NCBI GenBank assembly: GCA_942492905.1
Contig: OW818657.1
Location: forward strand, 5,523,908-5,587,907
Source of the DNA: an uncultured Verrucomicrobiota bacterium
GTDB taxonomy: Bacteria; Verrucomicrobiota; Verrucomicrobiia; Verrucomicrobiales; V1-33
Direction of reading: 5' to 3'
DNA length: 64,000 bases
This document shows positions 34,438-43,528 of the stretch, piece after piece (position 1 is the first letter of the stretch; each line of letters starts with the position of its first letter). Below the pieces are notes generated by a model, which was not told the DNA's origin, did no database searches, and saw only the letters and a program-made list of their open reading frames with translations. The position numbers and the translations under genes were made by a program.

Positions 34438-36606
34438 ATGCCGTCCAAACGCCCCACTCCACCCTCCGATTCCTCTGACGACCAGCTCGCTTTCGACCTC
34501 ACGGACGAAAATGCAGCCGCCGCTGCGGACGGGGCGCTCCCGGAGGCCACCCCGGATGCTTCCGCGGCCCTGTCCCCCGATACCCCGGAGGAAATCCCCA
34601 CCGGCCCCCGCCCGCATCCGGCCCTCGCGTCGACCTCCTTTGGCAGGGATGGTACTCCGCTGCGACTGAATCATGTCGGTGAAATGTATGGCCACTGGTT
34701 CCTCGACTACGCCAGCTACGTCATTCTGGAACGCGCCGTCCCCCACTTGAACGACGGCCTCAAACCCGTCCAGCGCCGCATCCTCCACGCCATGGAGCGC
34801 ATGGACGACGGCCGTTTCAACAAGGTCGCCAACATCGTCGGCGAGACGATGAAATACCACCCGCACGGCGACTCGGCCATCACCGAAGCCCTCGTTGGCC
34901 TCGGCCAGAAGGACCTGCTGGTCGAAACCCAGGGAAACTGGGGGAACATCCTAACCGGAGATGACGCCGCCGCCGGCCGGTATATCGAAGCCCGCCTCTC
35001 CAAGTTCGCCCTCGACGTCCTCTTCAACTCCCGCCTCACCCCCTGGGCCTCCTCCTATGACGGCCGCAATCCCGAGCCCGTCAACTTCCCCGCCAAGTTC
35101 CCCATCCTGCTGGCCCAGGGCGTGGAAGGCATCGCGGTCGGACTTGCCTGCAAAATTCTTCCTCACAATTTCAATGAACTGATCGATGCCTGCATCGAAT
35201 CCCTGCGCGGCAATCCATTCACGCTTGTTCCTGACTTCCCCACCGGCGCCATCATGGACGCCAGTGAATACAACGACGGCCTCCGCGGCGGCAAGATCCG
35301 CGTGCGCGCCCGCATCGAGGAAGTCCCCAAGAAAAAAGGCCTGCTCCGCATCACCGAAATCCCCTTCGGCACCACCAGCGGCGGCCTGATCGAGTCCATC
35401 CTCTCCGCCAACGAAAAAGGCAAAATCAAGATTGCCAAGGTCGAGGATATGACTGCCGAGAAGATCGAGATCCTGATCCATCTCGCACCCGGCACCGAGG
35501 CTGAGGACATGCTGAAGGCGCTCTACGTCTTCACCGACTGCGAAGTCTCCATTTCCCCTAACAGCGTCGTCATCCGCAATGACAAGCCCGCCTTCCTTTC
35601 CGTCAGCGAGCTGCTGAAACACTCCGCTGCCCAGACCAAGGACCTGCTCCGCCAGGAACTGGAGATGAAGCTCGGCGACCTTGATGAGAAATGGCACTTC
35701 TCCTCCCTCGAAAAGATCTTCATCGAAAAACGCATCTACCGGGACATCGAGGAATGCACCACCTGGGATGCCGTGATGGCCGCCATCTGGAAAGGCCTCA
35801 AGCCCTACCTGAAACTCCTGCGCCGCGAGGTCACGGACGAGGACGTCAAGTCCCTGACAGAAATCCGGATCAAGCGCATCTCCAAGTTCAATTCCTTCGA
35901 AGCCGACGAATACCTGCGCGGGCTGGAGGACCAGATCGAAACCGTCAAAGGCCACCTCGCCCAGCTCACCCGCTATACCATCAATTGGTTCAAGGAGCTG
36001 AAGAAGAAATATGGCACCAACCGCCAGCGGAAGACGGAGATCACCACCTTCGATCGCGTCGCCGCCAGCGCCGCCGCCGTCGCCACCGAGACCCTCTACA
36101 TCCAGCGGGACGAAGGCTACATCGGTTACGGCCTGAAGCGCGGCGGCGAAGCCCTCTTCAAGTGCTCCCGCCTGGATGATATCATCGTTTTCCTCGATGA
36201 CGGCACCGTCCGCGTCAGCCGCGTCACCGAAAAAGCCTTCTTCGGAGCCCACCCTATCCACGTTGCCCTCTTCAACAAGGAAGCCACTCCCGTTTACACG
36301 CTCTTCTACCGCGACGGCTCCCGCGGCCGCCTCTACGCCAAACGCTTCACCATGGGCGGCGTGACCCGCGACACCGTTTACGACCTGACCAAAGGCGCCA
36401 AAGGCAGCAAAGTCTTCTACTTCGCGGTCCACCCCACCGAAGCCGACGCCAACACTCTCCAACTGGTCGTCCACCTCCAGCCCGCCCCCCGCCTCCGCAA
36501 GCTGGAGATCGAGCTCAACATGGCCGACTACGCCGTCAAAGCCCGCAACGCCCAGGGCAACATCGTCGCCGAAACCAGCGTCAAACGCGTGGCGCGGCGG
36601 AGGTAG
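34438..36606 (+). CDS. parC: Type IIA topoisomerase subunit A (ParC/GyrA family; Bacteroidota-type ParC-like)
   Basis: 722-aa ORF. Supporting blocks are WFLDYASYVILERAVPHLNDGLKPVQRRILHAM, KYHPHGD, and the active-site tyrosine context AAGRYIEARLSKF. It has an acidic/Pro-rich ~85-aa N-terminal extension. Confidence 0.85.
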   Translation: MPSKRPTPPSDSSDDQLAFDLTDENAAAAADGALPEATPDASAALSPDTPEEIPTGPRPHPALASTSFGRDGTPLRLNHVGEMYGHWFLDYASYVILERAVPHLNDGLKPVQRRILHAMERMDDGRFNKVANIVGETMKYHPHGDSAITEALVGLGQKDLLVETQGNWGNILTGDDAAAGRYIEARLSKFALDVLFNSRLTPWASSYDGRNPEPVNFPAKFPILLAQGVEGIAVGLACKILPHNFNELIDACIESLRGNPFTLVPDFPTGAIMDASEYNDGLRGGKIRVRARIEEVPKKKGLLRITEIPFGTTSGGLIESILSANEKGKIKIAKVEDMTAEKIEILIHLAPGTEAEDMLKALYVFTDCEVSISPNSVVIRNDKPAFLSVSELLKHSAAQTKDLLRQELEMKLGDLDEKWHFSSLEKIFIEKRIYRDIEECTTWDAVMAAIWKGLKPYLKLLRREVTDEDVKSLTEIRIKRISKFNSFEADEYLRGLEDQIETVKGHLAQLTRYTINWFKELKKKYGTNRQRKTEITTFDRVAASAAAVATETLYIQRDEGYIGYGLKRGGEALFKCSRLDDIIVFLDDGTVRVSRVTEKAFFGAHPIHVALFNKEATPVYTLFYRDGSRGRLYAKRFTMGGVTRDTVYDLTKGAKGSKVFYFAVHPTEADANTLQLVVHLQPAPRLRKLEIELNMADYAVKARNAQGNIVAETSVKRVARRR

Positions 36607-36651
36607 ACCTTCGTTGCTGCAGCCTTGGGGGTCTGGCGTCCTTTAAGAGAA

Positions 36652-37428
36652 TCAATCCGGCTGGCCTTCGGGATACCAAAGCACAGGAGGCCACGGACGT
36701 GAGCGAAAATCATGGAATGACGTGCCCCATGCATCCAGAGGGTGAAAGGCGAAACCAGTCCAACGGTATCCATGGGCCAAGTCCAAAAACTCACTGCTGC
36801 AGCCCAGTTCACCGAACATCCCGTCCCGATCTCCCAAATGGAAAAAGGCCGAACCATCCCATGATTCAAGGATGGGGATTTTCCGCCATTCAAAACGGCC
36901 ATACTCGGCCTGCATCCTCTTAAACTCAGGGTCGGAAAAGTCCCTCGCCTCATAGCAAAAAGTGTATTGACCCTCCTTCCGTTCATAGACTTTCAGGTAA
37001 TACTCAATCCGCTTTTCCGTCTCCAAAGCAAAATAGCGGGGACGCCGGGAAAGCAGCAATTGACGGGGAATCACCCACCGCAATTGTACTTCCTTCGCCC
37101 GAAAGCCAAAGAGGTCACTTGAGTTCAATGCCTCGGCAACATCCTGATGCACGATCACTGGACTACTGGATGAGTAAGGCCGGATGATCGAAGGCCAGAC
37201 TTTGGCCTTTCCACCGATCCTGACTTTTGGTTTGCTGTAGTATTTCACTCCAAAATCCACCATCACGGTTTTTGCCTGGGTCTCCTCAACTTCCTTAAGC
37301 CCGCCGGCGAAGGCCTTGCGCAGCTGACGCATCTTAATTCTGGGGTGCGTGTCGTAGTCGAGTGCCTTGAGTTCCCCCTCTCCGGGGCAGGCGGCTCCCA
37401 TGATGAAAAATGGTGGATCCGGGCGCAT
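36652..37428 (-). CDS. Hypothetical protein, possibly an Imm11/DUF1629-like immunity-type protein
   Basis: 258-aa ORF in a visibly A/T-richer stretch. The C-terminal part (WDGSAFFHLGDRDGMFGELGCSSEFLDLAHGYRWTGFAFHPLD) resembles the C-terminal module of immunity-type proteins as I remember it. No firm family call is possible. Confidence 0.45.
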   Translation of the reverse strand: MRPDPPFFIMGAACPGEGELKALDYDTHPRIKMRQLRKAFAGGLKEVEETQAKTVMVDFGVKYYSKPKVRIGGKAKVWPSIIRPYSSSSPVIVHQDVAEALNSSDLFGFRAKEVQLRWVIPRQLLLSRRPRYFALETEKRIEYYLKVYERKEGQYTFCYEARDFSDPEFKRMQAEYGRFEWRKIPILESWDGSAFFHLGDRDGMFGELGCSSEFLDLAHGYRWTGFAFHPLDAWGTSFHDFRSRPWPPVLWYPEGQPD

Positions 37429-37672
37429 GAACGGTTCCTACCAACTATTCATTGCACAATCAAGCCGACTTCAGTGCAGCCCTGACGGCCGTATCCATTC
37501 TGCAATTGCCCTGCCTCAATCTGTGGATTTGCGGTGCCTTTGGGCATGCCAATATCGTGAATGCTTTTGTTGCACCGGAACCAACACCGCGACATCCGGC
37601 CACAGCGCGGCGGGGGATTCATCCTCCTTCCTCACTTGCCTGTTCCCTTCATGTAGTTACAGTGCTTACATC

Positions 37673-37996
37673 ATGAAAACCTTGGAACTTTCCCTCGCCC
37701 GAATCGGGAATTCCCGGGGCATCCGGCTTCCGTCGGCCCTGATCCGGAAGCATGGTTTGGAGGACGGCTTGGTGCTGGAGGATCGCGGGCATGAGATTGT
37801 CCTGACCCCGAAGAGTGGCAGCGCCAAATTATCCTGGGAGGAAACCGCTAAAGCAATGGCGGCTTCGGGCGAGGATTGCTCGGAGTGGGAAACCACCGTG
37901 GCAGATGGAGTGGAGCAAATTCCATGGGAAACCAGCCCAGCGGCCAAAACAAAAAAGAAAGCCAAAATCAGCTCCTCACCCGTCTCCCGGAAATGA
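37673..37996 (+). CDS. mazE: AbrB/MazE/SpoVT-family antitoxin
   Basis: Start set at ATG 37673. The N-terminal swapped-hairpin motif is LSLARIGNSRGIRLPSALIRKHGL. Its stop overlaps the toxin start (ATGA at 37993-37996). Confidence 0.8.
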   Translation: MKTLELSLARIGNSRGIRLPSALIRKHGLEDGLVLEDRGHEIVLTPKSGSAKLSWEETAKAMAASGEDCSEWETTVADGVEQIPWETSPAAKTKKKAKISSSPVSRK

Positions 37997-38313
37997 AGCG
38001 GCATGAAGTTTTTGGGGCACGGTTGGATCCGGTGGAAGGCAGCGAACTGAGCAAGACAAGGCCCTGCGTGATTGTCAGTTTGAACAGCCTGAACGACAGT
38101 TTGACCACGGTCGTCGTCTGCCCTCTGACTTCTACCCTGCGACCCGCTTGGCGCACCCGGCTGAGGGTCACCGTGGCAGGCCAGGCCTCCGACGTCTGCG
38201 TGGACCGGATCCGGGTGTTGAGCAAAACGCGTCTGACCAAAAAATTGGGCACGCTTTCACCTGCCGAAGCCACCGCTCTGGGTGAACTGCTGACGGACAT
38301 GCATGGGAATTGA
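37993..38313 (+). CDS. mazF: PemK/MazF-family endoribonuclease toxin
   Basis: 106-aa ORF: MKRHEVFGARLDPVEGSELSKTRPCVIVSLNSLN...VVVCPLTS...VCVDRIRVLSKTRL. This is the typical MazF/PemK layout, and the gene is translationally coupled to the antitoxin. Confidence 0.9.
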   Translation: MKRHEVFGARLDPVEGSELSKTRPCVIVSLNSLNDSLTTVVVCPLTSTLRPAWRTRLRVTVAGQASDVCVDRIRVLSKTRLTKKLGTLSPAEATALGELLTDMHGN

Positions 38314-38400
38314 ATCAGGCGGGAGAAAGCCAGAGCCCATAAAGGCAGGCAAATCCTACACCTCCCGTTTCCCTGCGATCATCATGCAGATCGAAGGGGG

Positions 38401-39384
38401 CTATTTTCCAGCCGCCTCCATTACCAACTGCGCCTGCCGGGCGTCCGCTTTCATCCCATGCTGCTGGTAAAAGGCGAGGAGACGACGCTGCCGGCCGGGG
38501 GGATCGAACGGCTTCGCCACGTATAATTTGTGCAGGCAAACCGGACAGAGCCCGGTGGGAAAGCGGTCGGATTCCTCCACCCCGCCGCTGCCACCCATGA
38601 GGCATTGATAATACCGGCAATGACTCCAGCCGAACATGTGGCCGGATTCGTGGCTGAGGGTGATGCAGGCCCGCCGCAGGATGATTGCCTGGACCGTGGG
38701 ATGAGTGGTGCGGCCTTCCCGGGCCGGACCGCCCCCACCGAAAAAAAAGGCCGGATCATGGCGGGCGAGGCTGAAGACCCCGACCCGTTCCTTCAGCGTG
38801 GCCTCTCCAAAAACGAAGTTCCACGACTCCTTGGGATAAAGGTCGGTCATGGTCACCGCCAGCAGGGCATAAGCGTCTGCGGGCAAGCGGTCCGGGAGCC
38901 ATTTGAGGAGATCGGTGGTCAGCAATTGGGGCTGGCAGCTGGTGGCATTGAGGCGCCGTTTGGCTCCGGCGGTGGCCTCTGGTTCAGCCGGCATGAGACG
39001 GGATTCCAAACCGAAGAAAATGCCAAGGTATTCCCGCAACACTTCCAGCGAAGGGGCGGAACCATTCCGGGGAAATTCGCCCAGCGGCAGCAGATAGAGC
39101 ACCTGGCGGGTCTGGTCCGGCAGATTGGATCGGCTGTTCCGGTAGGATTTCACGGACTGCGGCCACTCATGCACGCTGTCCAGCCATTCGCCGGACTTGG
39201 GTTTTTCCAAGGGATGATAGAGAGAATCCCCCAGCCAGGGACGCAGTTCCGGCGGAGCTCCCGCGGCATCGCTGGCCGCGGTCCGCGCCCCCTGACCGGG
39301 CGGCGTGAATGGCCAGAGGTTGATCACCGCGAGGGTGACGCTGGCCATGGCCAGGCCAAGGGCAAAGGGAAGACGGAGCTTCAT
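38401..39384 (-). CDS. Archaemetzincin-like zinc metallopeptidase (M54-like) with N-terminal signal/anchor
   Basis: 327-aa ORF. The motif HESGHMFGWSHCRYYQCLMGGSGGVEESDRFPTGLCPVCLHKL matches the archaemetzincin signature HExxHxxGxxHC-x4-C-x-M...CxxC. The N-terminus MKLRLPFALGLAMASVTLAV is hydrophobic. Confidence 0.8.
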   Translation of the reverse strand: MKLRLPFALGLAMASVTLAVINLWPFTPPGQGARTAASDAAGAPPELRPWLGDSLYHPLEKPKSGEWLDSVHEWPQSVKSYRNSRSNLPDQTRQVLYLLPLGEFPRNGSAPSLEVLREYLGIFFGLESRLMPAEPEATAGAKRRLNATSCQPQLLTTDLLKWLPDRLPADAYALLAVTMTDLYPKESWNFVFGEATLKERVGVFSLARHDPAFFFGGGGPAREGRTTHPTVQAIILRRACITLSHESGHMFGWSHCRYYQCLMGGSGGVEESDRFPTGLCPVCLHKLYVAKPFDPPGRQRRLLAFYQQHGMKADARQAQLVMEAAGK

Positions 39385-39440
39385 GGAGTGATGTTATGAC
39401 GGGTGGCTGCGGCCGGGGCAAGAATTGAAACAGGTCCCCG

Positions 39441-40631
39441 GTGCAGATTGACGCCCTGCGGGTTCCACCCCAGGGTGCCGGCGTGAACGGCTACTTCGAT
39501 TGCAATGCAACCACCCCGCTGCATCCGGCGGCCCGTGCGGCGTGGCTGGAAACGGCCGATCGTTATTGGCAGAATCCGTCCAGCCTTTACCGCGAAGCCG
39601 GGGCCGCCCGCCAGCAGCTGGAGGATTGCCGTGAGCAGGTGGCCGACTGGCTGGGCTGCGAGGCCACGGAGATTGTATTCCTGTCAGGAGCCACCGAGGC
39701 CAACAATGCGGTGATCGCCCATGCCGCGGCCAGTGGGGTCACGGGAATGGCCCTCAGCGCGGTGGAACACCCCTGCGTACGAGAGCCCGCCCTGCATCAT
39801 TTTCCAGACCGCTGCCACGAAATCCCCGTGACCGGCGAGGGCGCGACCCACCTGACCGCCCTCGAAGAAATCCTCACCACCCACCGGCCCGGCCTTGTGG
39901 CAGTCATGGCCGCGAACAACGAAAGCGGCGTGCTCCAGCCCTGGCAGGAAGCGCTCGCGCTGTGCCGCGAACGTGGCGCCCTGTTCCACTGTGATGCTGC
40001 ACAATGGATCGGGAAAAAACCAGCAGCCGGGCTCGGAGCCTGTGACTTTGTGAATGGCAGCGCCCACAAGTTTGGCGGGCCCAAAGGGATTGGATTCCTC
40101 AAAGTCCCGGAAACCGGCCGCGCCTTCCGCTCCCTGCGCGGCGGTCCACAGGAATCCCGCCGCCGCGCCGGCACCGAGAACCTGCCCGCCATCGCCGCCA
40201 TGGTCGCGGCCTGGCAAGTGCAGGAAGCCTCGCTCGCCGCCCGGGGAGCGGCCTGGCAGGAAAGCCGGCAAGGCTTCGAGGAAAAAATCCGCACCCTCCT
40301 GCCGGGCGTGGAAATCATCGCGCCCCACGCCCCACGGCTTTGGAACACCGTGCTCCTCACTGTGCCGGCCCCTGCCAATGTGAAGTGGCTCACCCGGTTG
40401 AGCGCCCTCGGGTTTTCCGTCTCCACCGGCTCGGCCTGCAGCCGGGGCGCGGGGGCATCGGACGTCCTGCGCGCCATGGGCCTGCCGGAATCGAGCCAAG
40501 GCCAGGTGCTGCGCCTGAGCGCAGGCTGGGACACCACCACCGATGACTGGCTGGCCTTGGCGGATGCCCTGGCCACTGTTTCCGCCACCCTCAGGGAACG
40601 CCCCACCGGCCCGCCCCCTGCGTTTCGCTAG
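39441..40631 (+). CDS. Cysteine desulfurase (class V aminotransferase, NifS/IscS-like)
   Basis: GTG start at 39441, with an alternative GTG at 39483 just before YFDCNATTP. The PLP-lysine motif is SAHKFGGPKGIGFL and the catalytic-Cys loop is STGSACS. Confidence 0.9.
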   Translation: MQIDALRVPPQGAGVNGYFDCNATTPLHPAARAAWLETADRYWQNPSSLYREAGAARQQLEDCREQVADWLGCEATEIVFLSGATEANNAVIAHAAASGVTGMALSAVEHPCVREPALHHFPDRCHEIPVTGEGATHLTALEEILTTHRPGLVAVMAANNESGVLQPWQEALALCRERGALFHCDAAQWIGKKPAAGLGACDFVNGSAHKFGGPKGIGFLKVPETGRAFRSLRGGPQESRRRAGTENLPAIAAMVAAWQVQEASLAARGAAWQESRQGFEEKIRTLLPGVEIIAPHAPRLWNTVLLTVPAPANVKWLTRLSALGFSVSTGSACSRGAGASDVLRAMGLPESSQGQVLRLSAGWDTTTDDWLALADALATVSATLRERPTGPPPAFR

Positions 40632-43123
40632 AGCGACGTGCGGCGGATCAGGAAGAACCGGCGCGGTCCGGCGGCCGCGGTGAAGGTGGTGGTCGTGCTG
40701 ACTCCGGTGGCCAAGATTCCCGTCTGTCCAGGCACATCCGTAAACCCGCTGGTGATAGTGGATTGCTGCACGGAATAAATGGCCCCGGGCACCGAATTCC
40801 AGGACAGCGTCACCGATCCCGTCCCAGGATTATACTGCACCGCCGTGATCCGGTAATCCAAGGTCTCAAGGTTGAAGGCCGTTTTCCCGGGCTGGCTGAA
40901 CATTCCGGCAATGTCACTCGGCGTCAGCTCCACGCTGTAAATCTGGAGGTCATCCACCAAGCCGATATAACCCTGTCCCGCGCTGGTGGCGGTGCCGATG
41001 TAAAGTCCCTCGGAAGTTGTGGTGAGGGTATAATCCGTGAAACCGGCCACCGGCTCAACGCTTTCTGAAACCAGCACCCCATCAATAAACAGGCGGGTGC
41101 GGGTCGCGGTGGGCGTGCCGGTGTTATTGCCAAACCCATCCATATCACTGTGCGTCACCGCCACGTGATAGATGGTATCGTCCAGGATGGCGCCTTCGGC
41201 CGATTCCACCGCGGTCAGGCTGTTCACTTCAAAGACAAGTTTCCCGGCCGGCGTCAGATACAGGGAATACAGGGTGCCCGCCGTGGTGAAGAGGGAGGAA
41301 CGGTGCAGGATGCGCCGGTTGCCCGTCGCTTTTGGTTCCGGTTTGATCCAGAGCGAGTAGCTCACATTGGGCAAGTGGGCCGCATTGCTGATCGCGAAAT
41401 TCCCCGTCGTACCGGAGTCCGCCGGAGTGAGCTTTACGGAGGTGCCGGCCCCGCCCGGGAGCAGGGAGGGCTGGGCGAAACCGAACGGCGCTTCGCGGAT
41501 TTGCAGGCCTGCATCAGGGCTGGCCGCGGTCGCATCCACCAGGGTGGTGCCGGCAGTGTCATCCATTTTGTAGTGCGCCAGCAAGGGCGGGCCAAAAGCA
41601 TACCGGGCCGACACCGTCACACTCAGCGAAGGCACGCCCGGATCGGTGGTGGGGAACTCCAGGGAAGCCGACTTCAGGCCGCGCGCTCCGGTGGGGGAGA
41701 ATACCACCTGCAAGGTCGCGGCATCCCCGGCGGGCACCACCACCGGGAAGGGCCCCGTTACGCTATACATGGAGGCACTGGCTCCGGTCGCCACCGGGGC
41801 ACTCACCGTTACCTCCCCTGCCCCGTTATTGGTGATCGTAAGTTGGCCGGTGCTGTTGCCATTCTCGACTGACACCGAGCCCACCCGCGAAGTGAGGGCT
41901 GCCTCGATCGAATTGATCGCCCGCTGTGCCTGCAAAGGCAGGGAAATTTCCGGCAGGTTCGGATCGGTCGTCGACAACTTGAGGCGGGCCACTTTCAGTC
42001 CATTGGGGGTGGACGGGTCAAAGTTCACCAGCACGGAGGATTGCCCCTGCGCCGGCACGGGCAGAGGGAATGTGGACGCCAGGGAAAAATCCGCCGCATT
42101 CACCCCATCAATCACCGCGCTGGTGATGGTGTAAGCGGTATCGGGACTGAAGTTGGACACCGCAAACTCTCCCGCCGTGACCAAACCGGGCGTATCCACT
42201 TTAGGGAACACCGCGGTGACCACCGCTTCCAGCGAAGGGGCTCCGGCAATGGAATCAATCGTCAGATTGTCAAATAACCCAAACTGCCGGTTCAGGCCGC
42301 CCGGCGCGCTCCCGGTGAAGGGGTCTTCATAACCAATGGAAGCAAAACCATCGGTGATCGCGGTGTCCGTGGTTTCGCCGAACTTCACTCCATTCACAAA
42401 AAGCGTCACCTTGTTTCCCACCACGATCAACTCGACCTGGCTCCACTGATTGTTTGGAGTATTGGCAATCGAACTTCCCTGGGGGAAGGCTTGGGCAAAA
42501 AGCCCGGAATTGGCGGTGTTTTCCGTCAGGAAGGCGGCGGTCGTTCCGATGAACATGCCCAGATCCCCGGTCGTCCCAATCCCCCCTTCCGAAGAAGCCC
42601 ACCCGAAAGTCCCCACTCCGGCCGAGGCCCGCCGCGCATAACTCACCGTCGCCGTCCCGGAATGGCCGATCCCATACAACCCTACCTCGGTGGTGCCCGC
42701 CGTCGCGGTCGGGTCCACCGCCAGCCACATGTCAAAGGCCATCCGGTAATTCCCGGAAAACACGGCCGCCGCGCCTCCCGGGGTGGCCGAGGCCAGCAAG
42801 TTGATCGTCCGCGCGGTGCCGCCGTAGGTGGCGTTCAGCAGCACCCCCCGGGTCGCCACACTCCCCGCGATCCGGTTGGGCGCCTCGGGAATCCGGACTG
42901 TCACCGGACCGCCCCCGCCACTCTGATCGCGGATGAAGGAGGAATAATCCACATAAGCCAGATCTGCATTCGCCAGCTTGTTCACCAGCACTTTGGCCGT
43001 GGCCTGACTGTCGAAGGACTCGCTGTAAAGGGAAGCGGCCATTACAAGGGGTTGGGGAAACATCCAAATGGCCGCCAAGACAACGGTCTGGAAGCAGCGG
43101 GAGCGGGAGAAGGTTGGGTTCAT
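40628..43123 (-). CDS. Large secreted protein with LamG/concanavalin-like domains and HYDIN/ASH-type Ig-like domains
   Basis: Start moved to ATG 43123 (MNPTFSRSRCFQTVVLAAIWMFPQPLVMAAS). There are two central Ig-like modules with (L/V)xFxPS/T patterns (VLVNFDPS, LQVVFSPT). The C-terminal LamG-like module runs LAHYKMDD...LWIKP...LFIDGVLV...DDLQIYSVELTPSDI. Confidence 0.7.
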   Translation of the reverse strand: MNPTFSRSRCFQTVVLAAIWMFPQPLVMAASLYSESFDSQATAKVLVNKLANADLAYVDYSSFIRDQSGGGGPVTVRIPEAPNRIAGSVATRGVLLNATYGGTARTINLLASATPGGAAAVFSGNYRMAFDMWLAVDPTATAGTTEVGLYGIGHSGTATVSYARRASAGVGTFGWASSEGGIGTTGDLGMFIGTTAAFLTENTANSGLFAQAFPQGSSIANTPNNQWSQVELIVVGNKVTLFVNGVKFGETTDTAITDGFASIGYEDPFTGSAPGGLNRQFGLFDNLTIDSIAGAPSLEAVVTAVFPKVDTPGLVTAGEFAVSNFSPDTAYTITSAVIDGVNAADFSLASTFPLPVPAQGQSSVLVNFDPSTPNGLKVARLKLSTTDPNLPEISLPLQAQRAINSIEAALTSRVGSVSVENGNSTGQLTITNNGAGEVTVSAPVATGASASMYSVTGPFPVVVPAGDAATLQVVFSPTGARGLKSASLEFPTTDPGVPSLSVTVSARYAFGPPLLAHYKMDDTAGTTLVDATAASPDAGLQIREAPFGFAQPSLLPGGAGTSVKLTPADSGTTGNFAISNAAHLPNVSYSLWIKPEPKATGNRRILHRSSLFTTAGTLYSLYLTPAGKLVFEVNSLTAVESAEGAILDDTIYHVAVTHSDMDGFGNNTGTPTATRTRLFIDGVLVSESVEPVAGFTDYTLTTTSEGLYIGTATSAGQGYIGLVDDLQIYSVELTPSDIAGMFSQPGKTAFNLETLDYRITAVQYNPGTGSVTLSWNSVPGAIYSVQQSTITSGFTDVPGQTGILATGVSTTTTFTAAAGPRRFFLIRRTSL

Positions 43124-43528
43124 AGGGAAGGCGATCAAAAAGGGGACCCGGGCCGAGGCTGAGCCCAAGCGTTCCGGTCTGCAGATCATGGCTGCAGTAG
43201 AAATGATCAAGCAGATCGTGACAAGCAGCTTCCATTCCTGGCTTCCATGGGAAGCCATTTGGAATCCGTCTTTTCCATCCGGTGCCCCCGGCATGGCGGG
43301 TGTACCCGCCCAAGCCGACCCAACCTCAACGCAACCTTGGAGTCCAATAATTCTGAAGCCCGGCCCGCTCTACATATTTTTCAGAGACAAAGCACCACTT
43401 AAATGACGCCTGCGTCCAAAAGAACCCACCCAGAATTAGATTGCCAAGGCAACCTCCTGCATGGAAAAATGAACGAAGTCCGGTTGGCATAGGACTTGCC
43501 TCAACTTTTCAGCACTCCGTTTTACTCC

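Noticed and set aside
34951-36474. Minus-strand ORF of 507 aa inside the topoisomerase gene
   Set aside because: It is antisense to the ParC-like gene, which has the catalytic Tyr context. The translation is acidic/Gly-rich low complexity.
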